Below, in pieces: positions 10,616 through 22,000 of a stretch of DNA of 64,000 bases (position 1 is the stretch's first letter; every line of letters begins with the position of its first letter). The notes beneath the pieces were generated by a model that saw only the letters and a list, made by a program, of their open reading frames with translations, did not search any database and was not told the origin of the DNA. The position numbers were made by a program, and so were the translations under genes. The stretch spans positions 74,526,001 to 74,590,000 of the forward strand of contig OZ076409.1 in assembly GCA_964187785.1 (NCBI GenBank). Direction: 5' to 3'. This stretch comes from Amphiscolops sp. MND2022. Taxonomy: Eukaryota.

Positions 10616-12018
10616 GTGGTCGGGTATTTTTTTTACTCGTATATGACGTTTGCGAGGCTTTGGGGAGGGCCCCGTGCCGAGCCTGTTCCGAAAATCGCCA
10701 CATGTAGAAATCTGGCACTAAAATGTGAGATCTCAAAAAGTAGCCGTTAGAATTCTCTGAAATTTTGCATGTGGCTCAGAATTAATGAGTAATGAAAAAG
10801 TGTAGAAGTGAAGGTCGCTGAAAAAATGGTCCTTGTTGCACTTTTTGCGCAATTTTTGTCTGATTGTTGCGTTTTTTATGTCATTTTCGACTTTTCAAGC
10901 AAAAAACTCATGAATGCTTTGTTCCTAGCGCATCAAGTGTGGAGCACGAAAAGTTGCAGCATCTCCAAGTGCGTATGCTGAGAAAATTTGGTTGCCGTCG
11001 GGTTACCCCCCACAGAGCTAGAGGGGTACTTCCGGTTATTTTTGACCCCCTAAATTAGGTAAACTGCTAATTTTTGTAATGAAGCCGTAGATTTAGCGTG
11101 TCCGCACCCTGCTGAAGTTTTGTTAAACATTTTGAGAGAGACCCAATGACATGTGTTCAGTTCACCCCCCATCACCCCCTTGACCGGAAATGAACGTTTT
11201 TGTGCACTTTCAGACCGGATGTCTCCATTTTCACCGGTAAGGAGGCCTTGTACGACCAACTAGCAGGATATCAAAATTGAAGTATAACCCAGGGTCAACT
11301 TAATGACCACGTGTTGTCCAGTCATGGGTTTTACTATGACCGGAAATGGGCTCAAAACCCCACTTTTAGTAGTTTTTTATCAATTTGAATAGTGTTTGGT
11401 CCACATTCAGGTGGCGTAAGTCACTTGCACCAGTGTGAGTATTAACTGCATGTTCCCTGCGTAGACGTAACTGACACTGTCAGATACCGGAAGTAACCCC
11501 ATGTGGCCGGAAGTGGTCAATTTTGACCGGAAATGGTCCAAAAAGTAGCGTAAAAGCAGTTTTTCACTACTTTTTAGGGACAATTTTTTTACTTTTTTTC
11601 AATCTGAATGCCTCCTTTATACTACCAAAGCTAACATCGTTGCCTGTTTTGCTAAAGATTTGGCAATTGATTACCTTTATCAACCCCGATAGCCTTCCAA
11701 GTTGACCTTGGGTCAATCTTGAAGGCTATCTATACTTAAAACAAAAAATCGAGATAAGTTGTTTTCTCCATTACGTTGATAATTTTTCCTTGATGTCAAG
11801 TTGTTAAGCAAAGACTTTTAAGCAAATTAATGATCTGAATCTTGTTCAGAGGTCTCACCCTGAAGAAGATTATTTGAGATTGAAGTAAACTGAGAATGAG
11901 GTTAGTATTTGTCAACATCAGAGAATCTTATCAACGCCCACCGTCTGTGGGCATGCCGAGGCATGCCCTTCGACGACGTATGCCAAATAGCGCCACAGGG
12001 CGCCCACACTTTTGCTAG
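10616..12018 (+). mobile_element. Array unit, ~1.4-kb 'ACCGGAAGT' family
   Basis: GTG...CTAG ends, a triple CCGGAA motif at 11486/11506/11526, a GATAGCC...GGCTATC hairpin at 11688-11730 and the palindromic core at ~11931-11980. Related to the units starting at 27133, 39611, 52034 and 62889. Confidence 0.6.
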
Positions 12019-13088
12019 GTGGTCAAGGGGGATGCCCATCAGAAAATATTGCGAGGCCGGGGAGGGTCCCGAGAGCCGAGCACATTCTATCAATTCCTAC
12101 CTTCAGGATTGCGAAGTATTTTAACCGATCTCGAAATTCACCCGTAGGATTTGTCTGAAACTTTGCATGTGGCTTTATCTCAAAAATTTAAGAACTTTTT
12201 TCTGCTGACGTTTTTCCAGGAAAATTCATTTTGTAAGGTTTTTTTGCGTTTTTTTGGTTTTTTTCATCTTTTTTCATCTTTGATTAATCAATGACCGAAT
12301 CAAAGGCCATTTTCACCATGAAGGAAAGCCCGTAGCGGCAAAGTGCACTTTTATGAAAATCATCAACGGTCAACGGTCTTTCGAACGGTCCAAAAAATTT
12401 TCCCCCCGGGGGAAACCAAAGTGCCAAAAAGTGCCAAATATATTTTTTTGACTGAATCACTTTGATCAAATTGATGATTTGAGCAGCCGGAACGGTCCGC
12501 ACGGTCTCGGACAATAAGTTCAAAAATTGTCAGCATCCAATGGAGGTTCCAAAAATGTAATTCGTTCACCTGTAGGAGACATCAGAAAAAAGTTGATTTT
12601 TTGGAGTTTTGGCATTATGACTGATCGGATGATAAATCATTGCATCACGTTGAGTTGCATTTGATGCAGCACACGAAGCAGCTGCAGCGAACTTGAAACT
12701 GCTTAGGGGGCTGGGGTTTACTATCTGTAACAAGCAAAATATCCCTTGGGCAAAAGGTATGCCAAAAAGTGCCTCAAAGTGTTAATTAAGTTGTTGCAAA
12801 TCGGCTAGCAAAATTCATTGTCACCGGTGTTCCGTGAGTTGCGCAGCATCTCGCGGGAACAACGGTGCTTGTTTCGAACGCAAAACCCAACATACCTCTT
12901 TGGTGACGTGACGGAGGTCACCATTGGCCTTTTTCGGCAGTGTGATGATATTTTTATTGTTGAATTGTGAACAACATACACAAAAGATTTAGCGTGGGAT
13001 ATTTGTTTGTGTCATACTTCAGTAACAAACTTTCAACCGTTTTGTTTAGGCCTCTACCTAGCAGTGCTCTAAATCGCTCCATCGCTAG
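12019..13088 (+). mobile_element. Array unit, singleton 1070-bp family
   Basis: Bounded by CTAGGTG junctions. It shares the 5' GAGGGTCCC hairpin and the GATCTCG...GGATTTGTCTGAAACTTTGCATG box, but the body is unique. It has its own hairpin at 12822-12867 and lacks the GGGCATGCC core. Confidence 0.55.
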
Positions 13089-16000
13089 GTGGTCCGGTAC
13101 ACTACCAACAAAACATTGTCGCGAGCAACGGGGAGGGTCCTGTAGCGAGCTTTATAGGAAAAAAACGGCGGAGCATATATACTAGGCAACATCGGCACTT
13201 TTACCCACGATCTCTGAAATGAACCATACGATCCGGCTCAAAATTTGCATACGGCTTCCTCTAGCGATTCTAAGAACTTTTCCCTACTGGCATTTTGCCC
13301 GGAAAAATCAAAATGTTGGTCAAAATCTTAATTTTAGGGTCAAAAAACGACGTTTTTTCAAAAAAATTTTTTTGAGAGCACATATCTCGCTCCCAGGTGC
13401 CCGGAGCGGGTCGCACGTGGAGGTTGATATTGCTAGGCACTTCGTAAGGAGTCCGTAGACAAATTTTCGTCCAGATCAGATTAAAATTGACTGAGTAATT
13501 GTCGAAATTCTGACGATTTTTCTCGAAATTTTTTCACACCCTAGTCTATCTCTGCCGTTTTTCGCCCAGATTTTTTTCCAGGACCTCTCCTAAAGGCCTC
13601 CCCTGGCCGGTTTACCTCCCAGAAAAACCATTTGGCCCTTTTGCCGCAGTTTCAGCGATCCAGGATTCCCCGGGTAAAAGTAAAATGACTTAGAATTTTT
13701 TCGAAAAATTTTCAAAAAATTTTTTTTCAACTTTAGGCCTCCCAAAGTCAAGAAACGTCCAAACAACTAGTATTGCAAGTGGATGCATGTGGAAAGTGCT
13801 CGAATAGACGAGAAAAATGAGCTATTATAAACCTCTGTAGCTTAACTTGACGTTGACTTATGACATTTTTAGTGTGAGCTTGCTACGTGACAAAAAATTT
13901 CAAAAAATGAAAGTGGAAGCTAAGTCTCATCGGAATACGTTCAGTGGACCCCAGCGCTGTTTAAATGCCGCTGTTTAGTGCAGCAACGCCCTTTAAGGTC
14001 ATTTGATCCATTTTTTACAGGTTTTGACACCGTCTTATCCATTCGAAAGTTCGAAAGAGTTGTGTACATTCCATCTCCCCCCTTCTATGGGGGAGATGGT
14101 AATGTACACGCAAAAAGCCAAGTACTACTGTTCTTTTTATACTTGGAGTGGCCTCGGCAATGCAGTAGCGGGAGCTCCAGGTCGTTTGCCGTAGCCTTAT
14201 TGTCTGTTTAGACTTTGCTACAACAGAAACTATGTTACTGAACATGAAAAAGATTGTTTCAATCCAAATGTTTTTTCAAATAATAATACCAAATAACACA
14301 TGTCCATATATCCACTATTGCCACTAAATACTGGCGCATCGTCGCACAACGAAGCCTGCAGCGCTAGGTGGCCGTGTCTTTTCGACGTGCTTTTGCATCG
14401 AGGAGTGGGTAGGGCCCCGCGACGACCTAGAAGAATTGGATGCTCACCGAAACGTGCAGAATTCTACGAGATCTCATAGTTTGAGCCATACGATTTTTCT
14501 GAAATTTGGCATGTGGCCTGGAATTGGTGAGTAGGTAAAACGTGTAGGAGGTGATTTTTCCCAAATTCCACTGTGAGACGAGATATGGGCAAATAACGGT
14601 CCCAAAAATGGCAAAAATGCACTTTTTTCAACTTTGTCAGCCCATATCTCGTTCCCAGGTTCCCGGAGCGGGACGCGTTAAGCTGATTATAAACTCTAGG
14701 GTGTTGAGGCTGTACGGGGAAGTCAGACCCGTTCCGATCGGACTTGTAGTCTTGGAGAAATAACGGTATTTTTGGGGAACCTTTTCTAACGGTCCAGCTT
14801 ATCTTTGCCATTTTTTCGAAAATGTACTCGCCTAAAGGCCTCCCCCTGGCCGAATTTACTCCCAGCAAAACCATTTGGCCCTAAATACGGAGTTTCAGCG
14901 TTCCAGCATTCCCGGGCGAAAAGTTGTGGGACTTGGAAAATTTTCAAAAATTTTCAAAAAATTTTTTTTTCGTTTTCCGGGCCCCCAATGAAGGGGAAAC
15001 GACCCCCCAACCAGTATTTTGAGTGAATTCATGTGGAAAGCCCTTGTTTTGACGAGAAAAATACCGTTTAGAACATCTTTTTATCTTGACTCAACGTTGA
15101 CTTATGACGTTTTGAATGTGATGTAAGGATGTAGGAGGCATGTGATAAGTTGATGTTTTGAGTCTTTATCTCATATGAAAGCGGTTGAGATGCAAGCTGT
15201 CCTGCTCAAAACGTCTTTCGTTGTAACTTTCCAGTGCACCAATACCCTTTGGTGTCATATAAACATACTTTTTGTCGATATATTAACAATTTTAATGTAT
15301 TTATTCCAATTTTTATTATCTTATAACTCAAAACAGTTGAGTACATTTCATCTCCCTTTCGGGGGAGATGAGAATGTACTCGCTAAAGACCTAGCGCCAT
15401 GACCAAAAATTTGAAACCCACGTTTTTTATCTTCTTACAGACTTGTTTTTGTATTTTTTCGGAATTTTTTATAAATTAATATACTTGAAATACATTACTT
15501 GACTTTACTACTACAACCCACCTCCAACGACAACGCCCCCCTGCTTGCATCAACGCCCACCGTCCGTGGGCATGCCGAGGCATGCCCTTCGACGACGTAT
15601 GCCAAATGCCCAGTGCCACGCAGTCATTATCGCTAGGTGCCCGGATTTCTATTCATTAAAGTATGTTGCGCGTGTGGGTAGGGCCCCTGGCGCGCTCTTG
15701 TGTCCCTGTTCTCATAACTGCAATTTCCGGCAGCATTCTGAGCGATTTTCTAAACTATCCATACGATTCGGCTGAAATTTGGCACACGTACCCCCCTCGG
15801 CACGGTGAAGATGATTTCCTACTGACGTTTTTCCCGCAAAATTTTTTTTGTTGTCCAAAATAACGGTTTTTGGGGTAAAATTTTGAATTTTTTTTAAATT
15901 TTATCTTATATCTCGCCACGGGTTTACGCTAGCGCTTCAAAACCCTGCTAAAGAAAGCTTGCAAACTGTCTCAGGAATGCTGTGTGAAATTTTCAGCTCA

Positions 16001-19000
16001 ATCGGACTCAAACTCGGGGAGATATAGCGTTTTTCCGGAGCGGGGGGGTTTCATTTTTCTAACGGTCCAGCTTATCTTTGCCATTTTTTCGAAAATGCAC
16101 TCGCCTAAAGGCCTCCCCTGGCCGGTTTTATTCCCAGCAAAACCATTTGGCCCTAAATACGGAGTTTCAGCGTTCCAGCATTCCCGGGCGAAAAGTTGTG
16201 GGACTTAGAAAAGTTCAAAAATTTTCAAAAAATTTTTTTTCCGTTTTCCGCCCTCCCCCCCTAGGGGAAAAGACCCCCCAACCAGTAATTTGAGTGAATT
16301 CATGTGGAAAGGCCATGTTTAGAGGAGAAAAATGCCGTTTAGAACGTCTTTTTATCTTGGCTCAACGTTGACTTATGACGTTTTGAAGGTGGTGTTTGGA
16401 GGTGTAAAGCACGCGAATAGTAAACGTTATGAGTATTTATCTGATCTGAAAGCCATTGAGATGAATATGGTTTGCTCAAAACGTAATTCATGGCAGTTTG
16501 GCAATCAATCAACACCCTTTGTTGTCGTTTGACATACTTTTTTGTTGTTATAATAAAAAATTTTGTGTATTTATTCATTTTTTTCTCATCAAATAACTTG
16601 AAACAGTTGAGTACATTCCATCCCCCCCTTCCGGGGGAGATGAGAATGTACTCGCAAAAAGCACCGAACTACGGCCCTAACCTTCCCGAGCTACGCAGTA
16701 TAAGGATTACATATTGGTTCCGACATTTTCATAGAGTTAAATCTTGGTAATCTGTCTGGATATGCAGAAAAACCAGCACGTGCTTTTTTATACCAAGTTG
16801 CTTACAACGACAATTATTTTATATCAACGCCCCCATATTTATCAACGCCCCCCGTCCGTGGGCATGCCGAGGCATGCCCTTCGACGACGTATACCAAGAT
16901 ATTCCCGAGCGCGGTAGCCGCTAGGTGGTCCGGTACACTACCAACAAAACATTGTCGCGAGCAACGGGGAGGGTCCTGTAGCGAGCTTTATAGGAAAAAA
17001 ACGGCGGAGCATATATACTAGGCAACATCGGCACTTTTACCCACGATCTCTGAAATGAACCATACGATCCGGCTCAAAATTTGCATACGGCTTCCTCTAG
17101 CGATTCTAAGAACTTTTCCCTACTGGCATTTTGCCCGGAAAGTTCAAAAAGTGGGTCAAAATCTTAGTTTTTTGGTCGAAAAATAGCGTTTTTTTGGAAA
17201 AAATTTTTTTAAGAGCCCATATCTCGCTCCCAGGTGCTCGGAGCGGGTCGCATGTGGACGTTGATATTGCTGGGCACTTCTTAAGGAGTCCGTAGACAAA
17301 TTTTCGTACAGATCGGATGAAAATTGACTGAGTAATAGCCGCAAATCCGACGAATTTTTCAGAAAATTTTGGTACACCTAGTCTATCTCTGCAGTTTTTT
17401 GCCCAGATTTTTTTCCAGGACCTCTCCTAAAGGCCTCCCCTGGCCGGTTTACCTCCCAGAAAACCCATTTGGCCCTTTTGCCGCAGTTTCAGCGTTCCAG
17501 GATTCCCCGGGTAAAAGATAAATGACTTAGAATTTTTTCGAAAATTTTTCAAATTTTTTTTTTTCAACTTCAGGCCCCCCAAAGTCAAGAAACTTCCACA
17601 CAACTAGTATTGCAAGTGAATGCATGTGGAAAGTGCTCGAATAGACGAGAAAAATGAGCTATTATAAAGTTCTGTAGCTTAACCTGACGTTGACTTATGA
17701 CAATTTTAGTGTGAGCTTGCTATGTGAGAAAAAATTTCATAAATTGAAAATCGAAGCTAAGTCTCATCGGAATACGTTCAGTGGACCCCAGCGCTGTTTA
17801 AATGCCGCTGTTTAGTGCAGCAACGCCCTTTAAGGTCATTTGATCCATTTTTTACAGGTTTTGACACCGTCTTATCCATTCGAAAGTTCGAAAGAGTTGT
17901 GTACTTTCCATCTCCCCCCTTCTATGGGGGAGATGGTAATGTACACGCAAAAAGCCAAGTACTACTGTTCTTTTTATACTTGGAGTGGCCTCGGCAATGC
18001 AGTAGCGGGAGCTCCAGGTTGTTTGCCGTAGCCTTATTGTCTGTTTAGACTTTGCTACAACAGAAACTATGTTACTGAACATGAAAAAGATTGTTTCAAT
18101 CCAAATGTTTTTTCAAATAATAATACCAAATAACACATGTCCATATATCCACTATTGCCACTAAATACTGGCGCATCGTCGCACAACGAAGCCTGCAGCG
18201 CTAGGTGCCAATCCCCCCCGGGATGCCACAGCTTCGAGGGCGGGGTAGGGCCCCCTGCCCGAGTCCAAATCCAACGGCGCTAAACTTCGCGCCTATAACG
18301 TAAGGCGTTTTCCATTTCTAGAGGCGATCTCGAAAACGGCCCTATAGAATTGGCTCAAAATTTGCATACGGCTTCCTCTAGCGATTCTAAGAACTTTTCC
18401 CTACTACCGTTTTGCCCAAAAAAATTTTTTTGTTGACTTATAGACAATTTTAGGTGCCGAAAATGGCGTTTTTTCGAAAAAATTTTTTTCAAGAGCCCAT
18501 ATCTCGCCCCCAGGTGCTCGGAGCGGGTCGCATGTGGACGTCGATATTGCTGGGCACTTCGTAAGGAGTCCGTAGACAAATTTTCGTACAGATCGGATGA
18601 AAATTGACTTAGTAATAAAAAACTTTGATTTGCATTTTTTCGAAAATTTCTGAAAACCCAGTCTATCTCTGCCGTTTTTTGCCCAGATTTTTTTCCAGGA
18701 CCTCTCCTAAAGGCCTCCCCTGGCCGGTTTACCTCCCAGAAAAACCATTTGGCCCGTTTGCCGCAGTTTCAGCGTTCCAGGATTCCCCGGGTAAAAGTAA
18801 AATGACTTAGAATTTTTCGAAAAATTTTCAAAAATTTTTTTTTTCAACTTCAGGCCTCCCAAAGTCAAGAAACGTCCACACAACTAGTATTGCAAGTGAA
18901 TGCATGTGGAAAGTGCTCGAATAGACGAGAAAAATGAGCTATTATAAACCTCTGTAGCTCAACCTGACGTTGACTTATGACAATTTTAGTGTGAGCTTGC

Positions 19001-22000
19001 TATGTGAGAAAAAATTTCGAAAATTGAAAATCGAAGCTAAGTCTCATCCAAAACTCATCGGAATACGTTCAATCCATATCAAAGCGGTTTGTTCCCAGTT
19101 GTAGAGTGCAGCAACACCATTCAAGGTCATTTGACCCACTTTAATAGGTTTTGACTTTGTCTTATCCATCCGAAAATTCGAAACAGTTAAGTACATTCCA
19201 TCTCCCCTCCGTGGGAGATGGTAATGTACTCGCAAAAAGCCAAGTATAACCGCCCTATTCTACCCGTAGTGGTGCTAGAAGAGCAGTAGCGTGAGCTCCA
19301 GGTTTGCAGTAGTCTCTATGTGTTATAATTATATTTTTCATAGCTAAAAATCTTACTAAACGTGATAAAAAAAATTACATCACTCAAAATTTTTTCAAAT
19401 ATTATTATATGTCCCCAATTGACGCACGTCAACTATTTCACTACAACCACCCTACCACCCGGCCCCTCGTATCTTTGTTCAACCGTACACGTCTAGGTGC
19501 CAAAACCCAATGGTTTGCCAAAGTTTCGAGGGCGGGGTAGGGCCCCCAGCCCGAGTCAAAAGTCGAAGACAAACAACTTAAGGCGATTGCTGGGATCTCC
19601 TATCGATTTTCTAAACGAGCCATACGATTTGGCTGAAATTTTGCATACGGCTTCCTATAACAATCCTAAGAACTAATCCCTACTGGCGTTTTGCCCGGAA
19701 AAATCGAAATGTGGGTCAAAATCTTAGTTTTTTGGTCAAAAAATGGCGTTTTTTTGGAAAAATTTTTTTTAAGAGCCAATATCTCGCTCCACAGGCCTCG
19801 GATCGAAAAGTGTACAATTGTTCGCGTGTTAGGCACTTCATGAACTGTCCGTAGACAAATTTTCGTCCAGATCGGATAAAAATTGACTGAGTAATAGAAA
19901 ACTTTGAAAGTGATTTTGACGACATTTTTCGAAAACCTAGTCTATCTCTGCCGTTTTTTGCCCAGATTTTTTCCAGGACCTCTCCTAAAGGCCTCCCCTG
20001 GCCGGTTTACCTCCCAGAAAAACCATTTGGCCCTTTTGCCGCAGTTTCAGCGTTCCAGGATTCCCCGGGTAAAAGATAAATGACTTGGTGGAATGACCTG
20101 AATGCATGTGGAAAGTGCTCGAATAGACGAGAAAAATGAGCTATTATAAACCTCTGTAGCTCAACCTGACGTTGACTTATGACAATTTTAGTGTGAGCTT
20201 GCTATATGGTAAAAAAATTCAAAAATTGAAAATCGAAGTTAAGTATCATCCAAAACTCATCGGAATACGTTCAATCCATCCCAAAGCAGTTTATTTCCAG
20301 CTATAGAGTGCAGCAACACCGTTCAAGGTCATTTGACCCATTTTAATAGGTTTTGACTCTGTCTTATCCATCCGATAGTTCGAAACAGTTGAGTACATTC
20401 CATCTCCCCTCCGTGGGAGATGGTAATGTACTCGCAAAAAGTCAAGGTCCTACCACCCTATTCTACCCGGAGTGGTGCTAGCAATGCAGTTGCGTGAGCT
20501 CCAGGTTGTTTGCAGTAGCCTTTACGTATGTTGTGACCATGTATTACAATTCTAACTCTGTTACTAAACATGAAAAAATTGTTTCAATCCCAAAAATTTT
20601 CATTTCAACTTTAGTATGTCACCAATAAACATATATGCATCTTTCCTACTACAACCACCCTACCACCCGGCCCCTTGTCCACTGTTCAACCGTGCACGTC
20701 TAGGTGCCGGTGTATTTTTACACAAAGGGGGATGTTGCGCGTGTGGGGAGGGTCCCTGACGCGCTTCCGTGGTTTCGGGTCTTCTAACCTATGATAGCGT
20801 GACACCTGACTTCGATCTCGTAAACTAGCCGTACGATTTGGCTGAAATTTGGCACACGTACCCCCCTCGGCACGGTGAAGATGATTTCCTACTGACGTTT
20901 TTCCCGCGAAACATTTTTCGTTGACCAAAATAACGGTTTTTGGGGTAAAATTTTGAATTTTTTTTAAATTTCATCTTATATCTCGCCACGGGTTTACGCT
21001 AGCGCTTCCAAACCTTGCTGACGAAACCTTGCAAACTGTCTCAGGAATGCGGTGTGAAATTTTCAGCTCAATCGGACTCAAACTCGAGGAGAAATAGCGT
21101 TTTTCCGGAGCGGGGGGGTTTCATTTTTCTAACGGTCCAGCTTATCTTTGCCATTTTTTCGAAAATGCACTCGCCTAAAGGCCTCCCCTGGCCGGTTTTA
21201 TTCCCAACAAAACCATTTGGCCCTAAATACGGAGTTTCAGCGTTCCACCATTCCCGGGCGAAAAGTTGTGGGACTTAGAAAAGTTCAAAAATTTTCAAAA
21301 AAAATTTTTTCCGTTATTTGGGGCCTCAAAGTGGGGGAAAAGACCCCCCAACCAGTAAAGCAAGTGAATGCATGTGGAAAGCCCTTGTTTAGACGAGAAA
21401 AATGTCGTTTAGAACGTCTTTTTATCTTAACTTGACATTGACTTTTGTCGTTTTGAATGTGACCGTTAGATACGGAAAATTGATGTTTTGAGTATTTATC
21501 CCATCTGAAAGCCATTGAGATACAACATGTTTTGCTCAAAACGTGTTTCATTGCAGTTTCGCTGTCCATTAAAACCCTTTGGTGTCTTTTCACGTAATTT
21601 TCGTTTCTATAATAACAATTTTTTTGTGTATTTATTCATTTTTTTCTCATCAAATAACTTGAAACAGTTGAGTACATTCCATCTCCCTTCCCGGGGGAGA
21701 TGAGAATGTACTCGCTAAAGGTCAGGAACTACGGTCTATATCTTCCACAACACAAAAGGGATTGCAAATGGTTTCAGTTTGTCGCAGAAAACTTCTTTTT
21801 GCCCTCTGTGACTCGACAAAATGAACGTTTCTTACTTACTTTGAAACTCAGCATACCACAACTCATCTCTAACGTCAGCGCCCCCCTACTTGCATCAACG
21901 CCCACCGTCCGTGGGCATGCCGAGGCATGCCCTTCGACGACGTATACCAAGATATACCTGGAGCGCGGTAGCCGCTAGGTGCCGGGATTTCTATTCGATA

